A stretch of DNA of 64,000 nt from an uncultured SAR86 cluster bacterium (GCA_902520725.1 CABYPB010000003.1:9911-73910), one strand, 5' to 3'. Counted from the first letter of the stretch, positions 32,798 through 43,856 are shown. A program made the numbers and translations. The notes: generated by a model not told the origin, from the sequence alone.

Positions 32798-35558
32798 TTA
32801 TAGAGATACTTTAAATCTACCAAAAACAGATTTTTCTATGAAAGCTGGATTGCCGAGAAAAGAGCCAGATATTCTTGATTTTTGGGAAAAAACAAATCTT
32901 TACAAGAAAATAAGACAAAAATATAAGGACAAGGATCTATTTTTACTCCATGATGGACCGCCTTATGCTAATGGTGCTATCCATCTTGGTCATTCTGTTA
33001 ACAAAATTTTAAAAGATATCACTACCAAATCTAAAACATTGCAAGGCCTAGATTCTCCATTTATACCAGGATGGGACTGTCACGGTCTTCCAATTGAGCT
33101 TAATGTTGAAAAGAAACATGGAAAAAACAGCGAACTTGTTAAAAATAAAGAAAGTTTTCAAAAGGCTTGTAAGGAGTATGCTGAAACTCAAATAAATAAA
33201 CAATTAGATGATTTTAAAAGACTTGGTGTGATTGGTGATTGGGAAAATTCATACAAATCATTAGATCCAAAATTTGAAGCAGATATCGTTAGGTCTTTAG
33301 GCATTATTTTTAGTGAAGGGCACTTAGAAAAAGGTGAAAAGCCTGTTCATTGGTGCCAAGAGAGTGGATCTTCTTTAGCAGAGGCAGAAGTTGAATATAT
33401 TGATAAAATATCAAAAGCAATAGATGTTGCATTCAAGGTTGATGATTCATCACTAAAAAAAGTAAAAGATTTATTTAATACTGAAGATCTTACTGAAATG
33501 TCATTTGTCATATGGACTACGACCCCATGGACAATACCATCGAATGTAGCTGTATGTATTAATCCTGAATACAAATACTCAGTGATTAAAATGAATAATA
33601 AATTTTATGTAATTGCATCTGAAATGGTTGACCAATGCTCAAAGAGGTGGGAACAAAAATTAGAAGTGATTTCCACAATAGAAGGTAAAAAATTAATCGA
33701 CATTAATCTTACTCATCCTTTTTTAGATAGAAAATCAGTCCTTCTTCATGCAGATCACGTTACAATTGAAACAGGAACAGGTTGTGTTCATACTGCTCCA
33801 GCTCATGGCGTGGATGATTATTTAATATGTAAAAAAAATAATATTGACACAATTCATTCACTAAATAATAAGGCTTTCTTCAAAGACGAATTGGATTTTA
33901 TTGCAGGACTTCCAGCTATGAAAGCAGATCCGCTCATTGTTGAAAAATTACAAGAGCACAATGCTCTTATTAATATAGAAGACTACCAGCATTCTTATCC
34001 TCATTGTTGGAGACGTAAAACACCTCTTATTTTTACATCTACTCCGCAATGGTTTATTTCAATGAACAAAAATAATCTAAATAAAGATGCCCTAAAACAT
34101 ATTAAAAACATCAATTGGGAGCCTTCATGGGGTCTTCAGAGAATAGAATCTATGCTTACTGATAGGCCAGATTGGTGCATTTCTAGACAAAGAAACTGGG
34201 GTGTTCCTATAACTTTAGTTGTTCACAAGGATACTGGAGAAATTCATCCAAATCAGAAAGATCTATTTGAAAAATTTGCACAAATTATAGAAAAAGAAGG
34301 AATTTCAGCATGGGATAAGTTAAATTTGAAAGACTATATAGATGATCATGAAGAATATATTAAAACTTCTGACTCACTTGATGTTTGGTTTGATTCTGGA
34401 GTAACTCACTATGCAGTTACTGCAAAAAGATTTGGCAATAATACTGTTGCTGATCTTTATTTAGAGGGCTCAGATCAACATAGGGGGTGGTTTCAATCAT
34501 CACTTTTAACAAGTATTGCTATGAATAACGTCGCTCCATATAAAACAGTTCTAACACATGGATTTGTTGTAGATGAACAAGGTAGAAAACAATCAAAATC
34601 ACTAGGAAATGTAGTCTCTCCTCAGAAGGTTTGGGACAATCTAGGCGCAGATATTTTGAGACTATGGGTTGCATCTACTGATTTTAGAAGCGAGATGGTT
34701 GCCTCCGATGAAATACTCAAACAAACTTCCGACCAATACAGAAGAATAAGAAACACCTTCAGATTTATTCTTGGTAATACCAATGATTTTTCAAATAAAG
34801 ATAAGATAAATTTTGAAGATCAAGTAGAGCTTGATAAATGGATAATTAATGAGGGATACAAGCTTCAAGAACAAGTATTAAATTTATACAACAGTTATGC
34901 ATATCACAAAGCTGTTCAAGCCATTCATAATTTTTGTGTAAATGAACTTGGTGGAATTTATTTAGACATTGTTAAAGATAGACTGTATACAAGTAAGACC
35001 GACTCCATGGCAAGAAGATCTTGTCAAACTAGTCTAGAAGTGCTTCTTAATATCTTAATAAGATTAATTGCACCAATACTTTCCTATACTGCTGAAGAAA
35101 TTTGGCAATCAACCCCCAATCTTAAGAATCAAGAGGAGTCAGTATTCTTATCAAACTATTTCAATAATCCAAATAAAGGCAAATTGCAGATTAGTAATGA
35201 GGAATGGGTAAGATTATTTGAAATAAAAGATTTTGTTAATCAATCCATTGAGCAACTTAGAAATGAGAACAAGTTAAAAGGTTCACTTGATGCAATTGTG
35301 AATATAGAAGCAAATGATGATGATTTTAATATTCTAGAAAAATTAGGTACTGAACTTCATTTTCTTTTTATATCTTCAGAGTCAAATATAAAAAAAGGAT
35401 CATCTCTAAAGATAACTATTATTAATTCAGAGCATGATAAATGCACTAGATGTTGGCACAGGGACAGTTCAGTTGGAAAAAATGACCTATATAGAGAAAT
35501 TTGTCAAAGATGTATTACAAATATCAATGAAGATGGTGAACAAAGAAGTTTTGTCTAA
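32787..35558 (+). CDS. ileS: Isoleucine--tRNA ligase
   Basis: HIGH-type PPYANGAIHLGH, KMSKS-type KQSKSLGN, and the C-terminal Zn knuckle CTRCWH ... CQRC. Confidence 0.97.
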   Translation: MTTNYRDTLNLPKTDFSMKAGLPRKEPDILDFWEKTNLYKKIRQKYKDKDLFLLHDGPPYANGAIHLGHSVNKILKDITTKSKTLQGLDSPFIPGWDCHGLPIELNVEKKHGKNSELVKNKESFQKACKEYAETQINKQLDDFKRLGVIGDWENSYKSLDPKFEADIVRSLGIIFSEGHLEKGEKPVHWCQESGSSLAEAEVEYIDKISKAIDVAFKVDDSSLKKVKDLFNTEDLTEMSFVIWTTTPWTIPSNVAVCINPEYKYSVIKMNNKFYVIASEMVDQCSKRWEQKLEVISTIEGKKLIDINLTHPFLDRKSVLLHADHVTIETGTGCVHTAPAHGVDDYLICKKNNIDTIHSLNNKAFFKDELDFIAGLPAMKADPLIVEKLQEHNALINIEDYQHSYPHCWRRKTPLIFTSTPQWFISMNKNNLNKDALKHIKNINWEPSWGLQRIESMLTDRPDWCISRQRNWGVPITLVVHKDTGEIHPNQKDLFEKFAQIIEKEGISAWDKLNLKDYIDDHEEYIKTSDSLDVWFDSGVTHYAVTAKRFGNNTVADLYLEGSDQHRGWFQSSLLTSIAMNNVAPYKTVLTHGFVVDEQGRKQSKSLGNVVSPQKVWDNLGADILRLWVASTDFRSEMVASDEILKQTSDQYRRIRNTFRFILGNTNDFSNKDKINFEDQVELDKWIINEGYKLQEQVLNLYNSYAYHKAVQAIHNFCVNELGGIYLDIVKDRLYTSKTDSMARRSCQTSLEVLLNILIRLIAPILSYTAEEIWQSTPNLKNQEESVFLSNYFNNPNKGKLQISNEEWVRLFEIKDFVNQSIEQLRNENKLKGSLDAIVNIEANDDDFNILEKLGTELHFLFISSESNIKKGSSLKITIINSEHDKCTRCWHRDSSVGKNDLYREICQRCITNINEDGEQRSFV

Positions 35559-36021
35559 AATCTATCTTCCTATATTTATTTTATTGCTCCTATTTATAGA
35601 TTATTATTCAAAGAGCCTTGCTCTGTTAAATCTTTCTTATGGACAATTAAATGAGACATTTATGCCATTTATTGATTTTTTATTAATTTATAATTCAGGG
35701 ATTGCTTTTGGAATGCTTGATGGTAAAAGTATATACGTATCCTATCTATTACTAATACTAACTATTTCAATAAGTACTTACCTAATATGGTTGATTTATA
35801 ATGAGGAAAATCCTAAAAAAAAGATTGCGCTGTCCTTGATAACAGGAGGAGCTTTAGGAAATATTCTTGATAGATTCAATGATGGACAAGTAACTGATTT
35901 TCTTCATCTTGAAATACTAGAATTTTCTTTTTTTGTATTTAACTTTGCAGACTTATTTATAACAATAGGCGCAATTTTAATTATATACTTTGAAATTATT
36001 TACAAACCAAAGAATGAATAA
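35527..36021 (+). CDS. lspA: Lipoprotein signal peptidase (signal peptidase II)
   Basis: Four TM segments, NSGIAFG, GGALGNILDR, and FNFADLFITIG. The ORF-track start at 35434 lies in an alternate frame of ileS, so it was trimmed to ATG 35527 (ATG 35533 is also possible). Confidence 0.85.
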   Translation: MKMVNKEVLSKIYLPIFILLLLFIDYYSKSLALLNLSYGQLNETFMPFIDFLLIYNSGIAFGMLDGKSIYVSYLLLILTISISTYLIWLIYNEENPKKKIALSLITGGALGNILDRFNDGQVTDFLHLEILEFSFFVFNFADLFITIGAILIIYFEIIYKPKNE

Positions 36022-36952
36022 AGAAATAAAATTAGCTAATCCAAGAGGCTTTTGTGCTGGTGTAGATAGAGCTATCGACATTGTAAATAAAGCGTTAGAT
36101 ATTTATGGAGCACCAGTATATGTAAAACATGAAGTTGTTCATAATAAAGTTGTGGTCAATGATCTTAAAGATAGAGGTGCCATTTTTGTTGAAGAAATCA
36201 GTGAAATTCCAGATGACTCAGTAGTAATCTTCAGTGCTCATGGGGTTTCAAGTGAAGTTGAAGAAATGACAAAACTTAGAAACTTAAATTACTTTGATGC
36301 TACTTGCCCATTAGTTACTAAAGTTCATATGGAAGTAAGGAAACATGCTAAAGCATCAAGAGATATTATTTTAATTGGCCATGAGGGTCACCCAGAAGTA
36401 GAGGGGACGATGGGAAGACATATAAACTCTGGTAACAGTTCCATATTTTTGGTTCAAGATGAGAATGAAGCTGAAAAAATAAAAATTAATAAAAAAGATC
36501 ATTTAGCAGTAGTTACTCAAACGACGCTAAGTGTTGATGAAACCAAATCTATAATTGATATCTTAAAGAGGAGATACCCTGATATTGTAGTTCCAAAAAA
36601 AGATGATATTTGTTATGCAACTCAAAATAGACAAGATGCAGTTAAACAACTAGCACTGGAATCAGACTATATAATTGTTGTAGGTTCAAAAAATAGCTCT
36701 AACTCAAATAGACTCAAAGAATTGGCAGAAAAGTGCGGTTGTAAATCAATTCTTATTGATGAATTCTTAGATTTAGATTTCATGGAACTAAAAAAATATT
36801 CAAATATTTCTATAACTGCTGGTGCGTCTGCTCCAGAATCTAAGGTAATTGAAATTGCAAATTCTCTAAAACAACATCTAGATGCTAATATTAGAGAACA
36901 TGGAGAAGATAATGAAAACATATATTTTAAGATGCCTCCAGAATTAAGATAG
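36014..36952 (+). CDS. ispH: 4-hydroxy-3-methylbut-2-enyl diphosphate reductase
   Basis: MNKEIKLANPRGFCAGVDRAI aligns with the E. coli IspH N-terminus. Cys ligands are in ATCPLVTKVH and ICYATQNRQ. The start was trimmed from 35990. Confidence 0.93.
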   Translation: MNKEIKLANPRGFCAGVDRAIDIVNKALDIYGAPVYVKHEVVHNKVVVNDLKDRGAIFVEEISEIPDDSVVIFSAHGVSSEVEEMTKLRNLNYFDATCPLVTKVHMEVRKHAKASRDIILIGHEGHPEVEGTMGRHINSGNSSIFLVQDENEAEKIKINKKDHLAVVTQTTLSVDETKSIIDILKRRYPDIVVPKKDDICYATQNRQDAVKQLALESDYIIVVGSKNSSNSNRLKELAEKCGCKSILIDEFLDLDFMELKKYSNISITAGASAPESKVIEIANSLKQHLDANIREHGEDNENIYFKMPPELR

Positions 36953-37492
36953 ATGTATATTGAACAGCATTTACTTAATAAAGTTACATTTTTAGAATCT
37001 CCAAATTTTAATGAAAGACCAAAATTAGATGAAATAAGATTAATCATTATTCATTCTATATGCCTCCCTCCAAAGGTATATGGTGAGAAGTATGTAGAGG
37101 ACTTCTTTTTAAATAAATTATCTTCCTCTGATCACCAGTATTTTGAAGAAATTAAGGGCCTTAAAGTTTCATCTCATTTATATATAAAAAGAAATGGCGA
37201 GTTAATTCAGTTTGTGCCCTTTAATAAAAGAGCATGGCATGCTGGTGAGTCAAGCTATAAAGGCGTTATCGATTGTAATAATTATTCAATTGGTATTGAA
37301 TTAGAAGGAATGGATGATGATTTTTTTACTGATAAACAATATGAAATATTATGTAAAGTAACAAAGGAAATTATTAAAAATTATCCATTAATTAATCAAG
37401 ATTCTATTGTTGGCCACTCTGATGTTTCTCCTCAGAGAAAAACTGATCCTGGAGATAAGTTTGATTGGAAAAGATATTTGAGCGCATTATGA
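36953..37492 (+). CDS. ampD: 1,6-anhydro-N-acetylmuramyl-L-alanine amidase AmpD (amidase_2)
   Basis: 179 aa with IIHSI, RAWHAGES, IGIELEG, and GHSDVSPQRKTDPG. Confidence 0.85.
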   Translation: MYIEQHLLNKVTFLESPNFNERPKLDEIRLIIIHSICLPPKVYGEKYVEDFFLNKLSSSDHQYFEEIKGLKVSSHLYIKRNGELIQFVPFNKRAWHAGESSYKGVIDCNNYSIGIELEGMDDDFFTDKQYEILCKVTKEIIKNYPLINQDSIVGHSDVSPQRKTDPGDKFDWKRYLSAL

Positions 37493-38754
37493 TTAAACAA
37501 AACACAGTCAAAACAATTTCGTTTACGGGTTATGGTTTTGCATCTGGATTGCCATATGTCCTTATTTTTATTACCTTAACTGCATGGCTTAGAGATGTTG
37601 GCGTTGATTTAAGTATAATCGGATTCTTCAGTTGGATAATGCTCACATACTCTTTAAAGTTTTTGTGGGCTCCTCTTATTGATAAATATCCAACAAAACT
37701 ATTTAAAAGATTTGGGCATAGAAGAAGTTGGATTATTACTATGCAACTTCAAATCATTTTCTCTTTAATAGTGCTTTCGCTAATAAATCCTTTAACGAAT
37801 TTGGTTACTTTTGCATTATTTGCTTTCATTATTGCGTTAGCTGGATCAATTCAAGACATTGCAATTGATGCATATAGAATAGAAAGTGCTAAATTAGAGG
37901 ATCAAGGAAACCTTGCTGCTGGCTATCAATTTGGGTATAGAATAGCTATTCTAATTGGCTCTTCTTTTGCACTAATTTTTGCAGAGAATTTCTCTTGGAC
38001 ATTTGCATATCAACTAATGGCAATACTTATGGGTATAAATATATCTTTATCTATATATATTTCTTCAGAAAGACCAAATAATAATCTTGTTAAATTAAGT
38101 TATCAGAATTCTTTTATAGAACCTGTTAAAGACTTTTTTGATAGATTCGGCATAAAAATAGCTTTAATACTTGTATTAATAATAGCCACCTATAGATTGA
38201 CTGATATTGTAATGGGTCCAATGGCAAACCCTTTTTATATTGATATGGGCTATTCACTTTCTGAAATTGGTTATGTAGTGAAGGTGGTTGCATTGGTAGG
38301 GACAATAATTGGAGTATTTGCTGGAGGAGTATTAATAAAAAAAATGGGATTATATAAATCTCTTCTGATTGGTGCTTTTTTGGTAATGTTTACAAATCTA
38401 TTTTATTCTTATGCCGCTATCAATGATAAAAATCTTTCATTATTAGGGTTAATAGTTGCTTCAGATAGCCTTGCAGCTGGAATTGTTGGCACTGTAAATA
38501 TTACTTTTTTAACTAGCTTAGTGTCGTCAAAATACACAGGATTTCAGTATGCTTTATTAACATCGTTAATGGCATTTTTAGGAAAAATATTTGGTGGTTT
38601 TTCTGGTGTATTTGTTGAAAATTTCCAAAGTTTATATGGATTCTCCTTTGGATGGATGAGTTTTTATATTTTCACGTCACTTCTAGCCTTGCCGGCAATT
38701 TTTTTGATTTTCTATAACAAGAACTTGTTTGATGCAAAATATACCCGTAGTTAG
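37489..38754 (+). CDS. ampG: Muropeptide (anhydro-MurNAc-peptide) permease AmpG (MFS)
   Basis: GFASGLPYVL and LKFLWAPLIDKY ... RRSWI parallel E. coli AmpG (GFASGLPLAL, FKFLWSPLMDRY...RRGWL). ATGA overlap with ampD; the start was trimmed from 37465. Confidence 0.82.
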   Translation: MIKQNTVKTISFTGYGFASGLPYVLIFITLTAWLRDVGVDLSIIGFFSWIMLTYSLKFLWAPLIDKYPTKLFKRFGHRRSWIITMQLQIIFSLIVLSLINPLTNLVTFALFAFIIALAGSIQDIAIDAYRIESAKLEDQGNLAAGYQFGYRIAILIGSSFALIFAENFSWTFAYQLMAILMGINISLSIYISSERPNNNLVKLSYQNSFIEPVKDFFDRFGIKIALILVLIIATYRLTDIVMGPMANPFYIDMGYSLSEIGYVVKVVALVGTIIGVFAGGVLIKKMGLYKSLLIGAFLVMFTNLFYSYAAINDKNLSLLGLIVASDSLAAGIVGTVNITFLTSLVSSKYTGFQYALLTSLMAFLGKIFGGFSGVFVENFQSLYGFSFGWMSFYIFTSLLALPAIFLIFYNKNLFDAKYTRS

Positions 38755-39085
38755 ATTAATATTTTACTTCTCACTGTTAATTATATTTATTCTAAGTGTT
38801 GTAAATGCAGATTTAATCCCAAGGTTTAATGGGCTGTCATTTGTGTCAGATAAAATTGTTCATTTCTTAATGTACTTCTATTTGGCATATGCAGGTTTAT
38901 TATGTAAATTTGCTATACGTAATTATTTGACTGTTTTATTAATATTCACATTTGGTCTATTTATTGAATTTATTCACTTTTTTCATCCCTATAGATTTTT
39001 TGAATATTTAGACTTACTTGCGAACCTTATTGGGGTTACAATTGCGCTTCTAATTTTTGAATTAAAAAATAATAAAAGCTATTGA
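38732..39085 (+). CDS. VanZ-like small membrane protein
   Basis: About 117 aa with 4 TM segments, DKIVHFLMYFYLAY, and a C-terminal DLLANLIGV typical of VanZ-like proteins. Confidence 0.55.
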   Translation: MQNIPVVRLIFYFSLLIIFILSVVNADLIPRFNGLSFVSDKIVHFLMYFYLAYAGLLCKFAIRNYLTVLLIFTFGLFIEFIHFFHPYRFFEYLDLLANLIGVTIALLIFELKNNKSY

Positions 39086-39107
39086 TTTATATTTTTTAGC
39101 CCATAAT
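39081..39107 (+). promoter_or_regulatory. Possible sigma32 (heat-shock) promoter of groESL
   Basis: ATTGAT, a 12-nt spacer, then GCCCATAAT, versus the recalled consensus CTTGAA-N13-14-CCCCATNT. The spacer is one nt short, so this is tentative. Confidence 0.3.
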
Positions 39108-39150
39108 TATTGAATATCAAAAAATTATTGTTATTTATATGGAGAGATAA

Positions 39151-39438
39151 ATGAAATTAAGACCATTACACGATAATGTTCTTGTTAAAAGGACAGAAGA
39201 AGAAGAAACTTCAACAGGAGGAATCATTCTTTCTGGTTCAGCAAAAGAAAAGCCTTCACAAGGTGAAGTTGTGGCTGTTGGGCCTGGGAAAACAAATGAT
39301 TCAGGCAGTGCTGCATCTATGAATGTATCTGTAGGTGATACAGTTATTTTTGGTCAGTATGGTGGAAACGAAATTAAATTAAACGGTGAAGATTATTTAA
39401 TTCTTAGTGAAAAAGATATCTTTGGCGTTGTAGAGTAA
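39151..39438 (+). CDS. groES: Co-chaperonin GroES
   Basis: MKLRPLHDNVLVKR ... GGIIL, 95 aa. Confidence 0.98.
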   Translation: MKLRPLHDNVLVKRTEEEETSTGGIILSGSAKEKPSQGEVVAVGPGKTNDSGSAASMNVSVGDTVIFGQYGGNEIKLNGEDYLILSEKDIFGVVE

Positions 39439-39460
39439 TAAATTTAAATTAGGGAGATAA

Positions 39461-41107
<1,647 letters not shown>

Positions 41108-41160
41108 CATTATTTTATTAATTTAATATAGTATATATAACAATTTTTGGAGCTTAAAAG

Positions 41161-41319
41161 ATGAAAATCATATATCTAATACCAATGTTTTCCGCAAGCA
41201 TAATTGCGCATCCAATTAATAATATTCCGCATAATCACTATGCAGAATATTTAATATATATGGCCGCAGGAATTATTACAGTTAACATTTTAAGAATTTT
41301 ATTTAAGAGAGAGGTTTAA
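41161..41319 (+). CDS. Unlisted small ORF (52 aa): His-rich mini membrane protein upstream of sodN
   Basis: Manual translation: MKIIYLIPMFSASIIAHPINNIPHNHYAEYLIYMAAGIITVNILRILFKREV. GGAG lies 8 nt upstream of the ATG, and the stop TAA ends 1 nt before the sodN ATG. The protein has a hydrophobic N-segment, a HPxxxxPHxH loop, a second TM and a basic tail. It is below the ORF-track length cut-off. Confidence 0.4.
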   Translation: MKIIYLIPMFSASIIAHPINNIPHNHYAEYLIYMAAGIITVNILRILFKREV

Positions 41320-41320
41320 A

Positions 41321-41785
41321 ATGAAAATAAAAGAAGCAAAAGCTCATTGTGATATTCCATGTGCTGTTTATGACCCAGGTGTTGCTCAATATGCGGCGTT
41401 AAGTGTTGTAAGATTTTTAGATCTAATTGGTGAGATGCCTGAAAATATTGACTCCAAAAAGGACTTAGCACATCTATCAAGACTCGTTCAACAAAAAGAA
41501 GAACATGCTATTGAGGTCAAAGATGCTGTTAGAACTATTTGGGGTGATTATTTCAAAGCACCACATATGGAAAAATTTCCAGAAATACATGATTTGGCTC
41601 ATTCGATAATGATGACTGCTTCAAAATGTAAGCAGGATATAGATAAGCAAAATGGGTTAGATCTTGTTAAGAAAGTAAATAGATTTGCTGAAATATTCTG
41701 GGCTACTAAAGAGGTTGAAACTGAAACAAAAAAATCTCTTAATCCACCTCACATGGATGTTATCGTACCAGTCTTAAGTGATTAG
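41321..41785 (+). CDS. sodN: Nickel-containing superoxide dismutase precursor
   Basis: An 8-aa leader (MKIKEAKA) followed by the Ni-hook HCDIPCAVYDP (41345 onward). WGDYFKAPHMEKFPEIH parallels Streptomyces SodN (WSDYFKPPHFEKYPELH). Confidence 0.92.
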   Translation: MKIKEAKAHCDIPCAVYDPGVAQYAALSVVRFLDLIGEMPENIDSKKDLAHLSRLVQQKEEHAIEVKDAVRTIWGDYFKAPHMEKFPEIHDLAHSIMMTASKCKQDIDKQNGLDLVKKVNRFAEIFWATKEVETETKKSLNPPHMDVIVPVLSD

Positions 41786-42050
41786 CTTACATAAAGTTAG
41801 GGGTTCTAGCATGAGCCCTAACTTTAAAGATCAAGACATAGTCTTAAGTATCAAGTATCTTAAATCATTGAAAAATAATGATGTCGTATTGCTTGATTTG
41901 CCTAATTATGGTGTTGTCCTAAAAAGAATAAAATCTATAAATGGAGATAATCTTGAGCTTACAGGTGATAATAAAAAATATAACTCTCCAATTTATAACA
42001 ATATTTATAAAAAAGAAAATGTAATAGGAAAAGTTATATTTAGATTTTAG
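41778..42050 (+). CDS. sodX: NiSOD maturation endopeptidase SodX (minimal S26 signal-peptidase-like protease)
   Basis: 90 aa with the catalytic Ser motif GSSMSPNF and the Lys motif VVLKRIKSINGD. GTG start overlapping sodN by 8 nt. Confidence 0.75.
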   Translation: MISLHKVRGSSMSPNFKDQDIVLSIKYLKSLKNNDVVLLDLPNYGVVLKRIKSINGDNLELTGDNKKYNSPIYNNIYKKENVIGKVIFRF

Positions 42051-43290
42051 TAATCTTAATTTTAGATATTAAATTATCATCTAATTCTAATATTTCAAAT
42101 CGATAATTTTTAATTTCTATACATAGGTTTGCCTGTGGAATTTGATCAAGATATTCTGTAATTAACCCGTTAATTGTTTTGGCTCCATCTTCAGTTATTG
42201 ACCAATTTTGATAATTATTTAGGTCTCTTATTTTTGAATTTCCATCAGTTAATATAGAACCATCCTCTGACTTAATAAATTCCTTTTCTAATTCTTCCTT
42301 ATCTCCTCCAAAGGTTCCTGTGATCTCTTTAAATATATCCTCTATAGTTATTAAGCCCTCTATCTCGCCATACTCATCTACAACCAATCCAAGACTTTGG
42401 TTATTAGAAAGGAATTCTCTAAGCTGTTTCATTAATAGTGTTGATTGAGATACAAAATATGTTTTTTGAAGCGTCTTAATTTTATTTTTTTTGTTAGGAT
42501 TTTCTAAGAATGAATGAGAGTCTTTTAAATGAAGTATTCCAACTATTTTATCAATAGAATCTTCAAAAACAGGCAACCTGGTGTATGAAGTTGATTCAAT
42601 AATTTTTGTTGCACACGAATCATCATCATTAATGTTTATACCTATTATCTCTGCTGAAGGAATCATTATATCTTCTACTACCAACTCCTCCATTCCTAAG
42701 ACAGAGGAGAGCATTTTTCTATATTGTTTTGGTATTAATTCTCCTGATTCGTCTAACAATGTTCTCAACTCTTCTGTATTGAGATTGTCATTTGAGGATG
42801 CATCTTTAGCATCAAGACTAAATAACTTAAGGATTTTTTTACTAACAAAATTTGTTAAAAAAATTAAAGGTTTAAAAATATAAACTAAGATTTTTAAAAC
42901 AAATGATGATTTTGTGGCAAAACTTTCTGGCTTAATTGCTGCCATCGTTTTTGGTGTAATTTCTGAAAAAATTAGTATAACAATTGTTAGGATTATTGAT
43001 CCTAGTAATACATTACCACCAAAGTAATTAAGCATAATAATAGTAACAATTGCTGAAGCTAGAATATTTGCAAAATTATTACCAACTAAAATTGCAGAAA
43101 GTAATTGATCAGGTTTTTTTAAAAGCTCTAATGCTCTCTTTGCACTAGTTTTCGATTTTTTTGATAAGTTCTTTAACTTGATTTTGTTTGCAGCCATCAT
43201 TCCTGTTTCAGAACCAGAAAAGAAACCACTTAAAACTAACAAAAAAACTAATGTAGAAAATAAGATTAATAAAGAGGGGTCTTCTTGCAC
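42040..43290 (-). CDS. CNNM/CorB-type transporter (DUF21 membrane domain + CBS pair + CorC_HlyC domain), YfjD-like
   Basis: LSGFFSGSETGMMAAN, LVGNNFANILAS, the CBS region VEDIMIPSAEIIGI, and VVDEYGEIEGLITIEDIFKEI. The start was moved to GTG 43290, which overlaps the ypjD-like stop (TAGTG). The ORF-track start at 43341 would overlap by 52 nt. Confidence 0.8.
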   Translation of the reverse strand: MQEDPSLLILFSTLVFLLVLSGFFSGSETGMMAANKIKLKNLSKKSKTSAKRALELLKKPDQLLSAILVGNNFANILASAIVTIIMLNYFGGNVLLGSIILTIVILIFSEITPKTMAAIKPESFATKSSFVLKILVYIFKPLIFLTNFVSKKILKLFSLDAKDASSNDNLNTEELRTLLDESGELIPKQYRKMLSSVLGMEELVVEDIMIPSAEIIGININDDDSCATKIIESTSYTRLPVFEDSIDKIVGILHLKDSHSFLENPNKKNKIKTLQKTYFVSQSTLLMKQLREFLSNNQSLGLVVDEYGEIEGLITIEDIFKEITGTFGGDKEELEKEFIKSEDGSILTDGNSKIRDLNNYQNWSITEDGAKTINGLITEYLDQIPQANLCIEIKNYRFEILELDDNLISKIKITKI

Positions 43291-43856
43291 TAGGAACCTA
43301 TAATCAACGAATTCATATAATATGCTGCAAGAACCGCCCACATTGCAACAAAAAGACTTCGAGTAGCATACTTAATTGGAAAGTTAAAATTTTTTATTCC
43401 TAACAATGTGATAACAAAAATCAACCAAGCAATAAATGTAAATATAGCTTTAATAACTAAATTTGATGTAAAAATTGACTGCATGCTAAGACCAGATATA
43501 AGTGCTAATGAAAGAAAAAGCAAACCAACACCTAGTAATTGAAATACAATTTTATAGTTTCTTTCAACAGAAAAAGGACCAACGCTTAACAGTTCACCTT
43601 TTTTAACTTTTCTAACTTGTCTCTCGAGAATTATAATTTCGTTATATGCAATAAACAAAAATAATAAACTCAGACCGGTAACCATAAAATGTATTGTAGG
43701 AATAATTGAAATAAACTCATACGTATATAAATATACAAAAATATATGAGAATGCAGAGAAAGACGTAGATATGAATAAGGAACTTTCTTTCTTGTAAAGA
43801 ATCCTAATCAAATAATAAATAACTACGCTAATAGTTACCTGGGTAATAAAATTCAT
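43290..43856 (-). CDS. YpjD-like inner membrane protein (cytochrome c assembly protein family, CcsA-like)
   Basis: 188 aa, multi-TM. It sits upstream of the CBS-domain transporter, as in the ypjD-yfjD pair of E. coli and Pseudomonas. It is shorter than E. coli YpjD. Confidence 0.6.
   Translation of the reverse strand: MNFITQVTISVVIYYLIRILYKKESSLFISTSFSAFSYIFVYLYTYEFISIIPTIHFMVTGLSLLFLFIAYNEIIILERQVRKVKKGELLSVGPFSVERNYKIVFQLLGVGLLFLSLALISGLSMQSIFTSNLVIKAIFTFIAWLIFVITLLGIKNFNFPIKYATRSLFVAMWAVLAAYYMNSLIIGS

Noticed and set aside
35434-35526. Long N-terminal extensions offered by the ORF track for lspA (35434), ispH (35990), ampG (37465), glpK (61045), corB-like (43341) and the ABC ATPase (63161)
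   Set aside because: The extra residues have no counterpart in the reference proteins and lie in alternate frames of the upstream gene or in spacers. Internal ATG or GTG starts align with known N-termini and give the typical 1-8 nt coupling overlaps.
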